This document shows, piece after piece, positions 63,171 through 64,000 of a stretch of DNA of 64,000 bases. The DNA comes from Camelus dromedarius (lineage: Eukaryota). Below the pieces are notes generated by a model that saw only the letters and a program-made list of their open reading frames with translations, was not told the DNA's origin and searched no databases. The DNA lies in NCBI RefSeq assembly GCF_036321535.1, contig NC_087437.1:19160001-19224000 (forward strand), read 5' to 3'. The stretch's first letter is position 1, and each line of letters begins with the position of its first letter. The position numbers and the translations under genes are program-made.

Positions 63171-63669
63171 GTTAATGCCAACCTCCCAGGTGTGAGGGGC
63201 TGGCCTCTTCATCTCCTGATGTCCTGTAAAGCGGTTTTTCACTGTGCATTTGAGGCATCTTAGTGTGATCAGGCCTCAGCACGTGGCTTCTGGAAGTTCT
63301 GGCCATGCACCAGGGAGCCAGTGGTTCTGTGTATCTGTGTACATGTAGGTGAGCGCATGTGAATGGGGTTGTGTGTTTGTGTCTGGGAAAGATGGGAGAT
63401 GAGTCAGAAGGAGCTTAGGGTGCTGGGCAGGACAGATCTCCAGGCAACAAGATGGGCCAAGTGTTCCCCACATGGAACAAAGCCAGCAAGCATGGGGAGT
63501 CACAGCAGGGGTGCAGAGAGACTGGAGGCCCCGGGACGGGCGAAGCCTCTGTGAGGTAGACCCACTCCTCTGTGATATACTTGTTATGGCTGTTCAGCAA
63601 CCTGGCCCAGACTTATGTGGACCCATAGAGAAAATAGGACAAGGACCCGCCTCAATGATACAGCATGAA

Positions 63670-63850
63670 GAGGTACAGTAATAACTGCCGTTAGCTGAGC
63701 ACTTACTATGTGCTAAGTGCGTGACATGCGTGACACCCTGGCACAGGATACATCATGAGTGGGGAAAGTGGCCCAGAGAGGTGAAGAGGCTTGCCAAGCC
63801 CACGTAGCAGGGCGAGGAATATAGAAACATGAATCAGGATGAGGATGAGT
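63670..63850 (-). mobile_element. MIR SINE
   Basis: ctgagcacttactatgtgctaagtgc...ggcccagagaggtgaagaggcttgccaag. Confidence 0.7.
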
Positions 63851-64000
63851 CGGCCTTCCAGTGACTGGCGCTGAGAGCCCTCCGGGTGGTGCACCGTCAT
63901 ATGGTCTGAGGCCCAGGGAATAGGTTTTAGAGGGCCACAGACCTCCACTCCACTCCAGGGTGTTAGGGCCACTGCCAGGTCTAAGCTGGTAGAGGTGCCC

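Noticed and set aside
1..64000. Naming a specific host or neighbouring gene
   Set aside because: No exon or unique sequence I can identify with confidence without alignment

Overview
Mammalian genomic DNA, most likely a camelid or other cetartiodactyl. This is inferred from the L1 3' UTR types and an ERV1 LTR; I saw no Alu, B1, SINEC, Bov-tA or PRE1 SINEs. I can identify no protein-coding gene, tRNA or rRNA. The only ORFs with recognisable homology are broken LINE-1 ORF2 pieces. Positions 1-7.7 kb are an AT-rich pile-up of nested minus-strand L1 fragments. The rest is GC-richer sequence with many MIR and L2 relics, further 5'-truncated L1s, DNA-transposon MITEs (MER53, MER63A, MER115, MER104, MER5A, MER96B, MER119), MaLR/ERVL LTRs and one ERV1 (MER41-like) solo LTR. 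Several repeat-free islands dense in homeodomain, TCF, SOX and FOX motifs (best at ~46.2-46.9 kb) look like conserved enhancers of a developmental-gene desert or a large intron. I cannot support a new biological system here. The best leads are these enhancer candidates, a tandem AGTTCA DR4 array, a miR-1302-like MER53 hairpin, a possible L1 3' transduction and one candidate orphan exon. Repeat names come from recalled consensus sequences, and boundaries are approximate.
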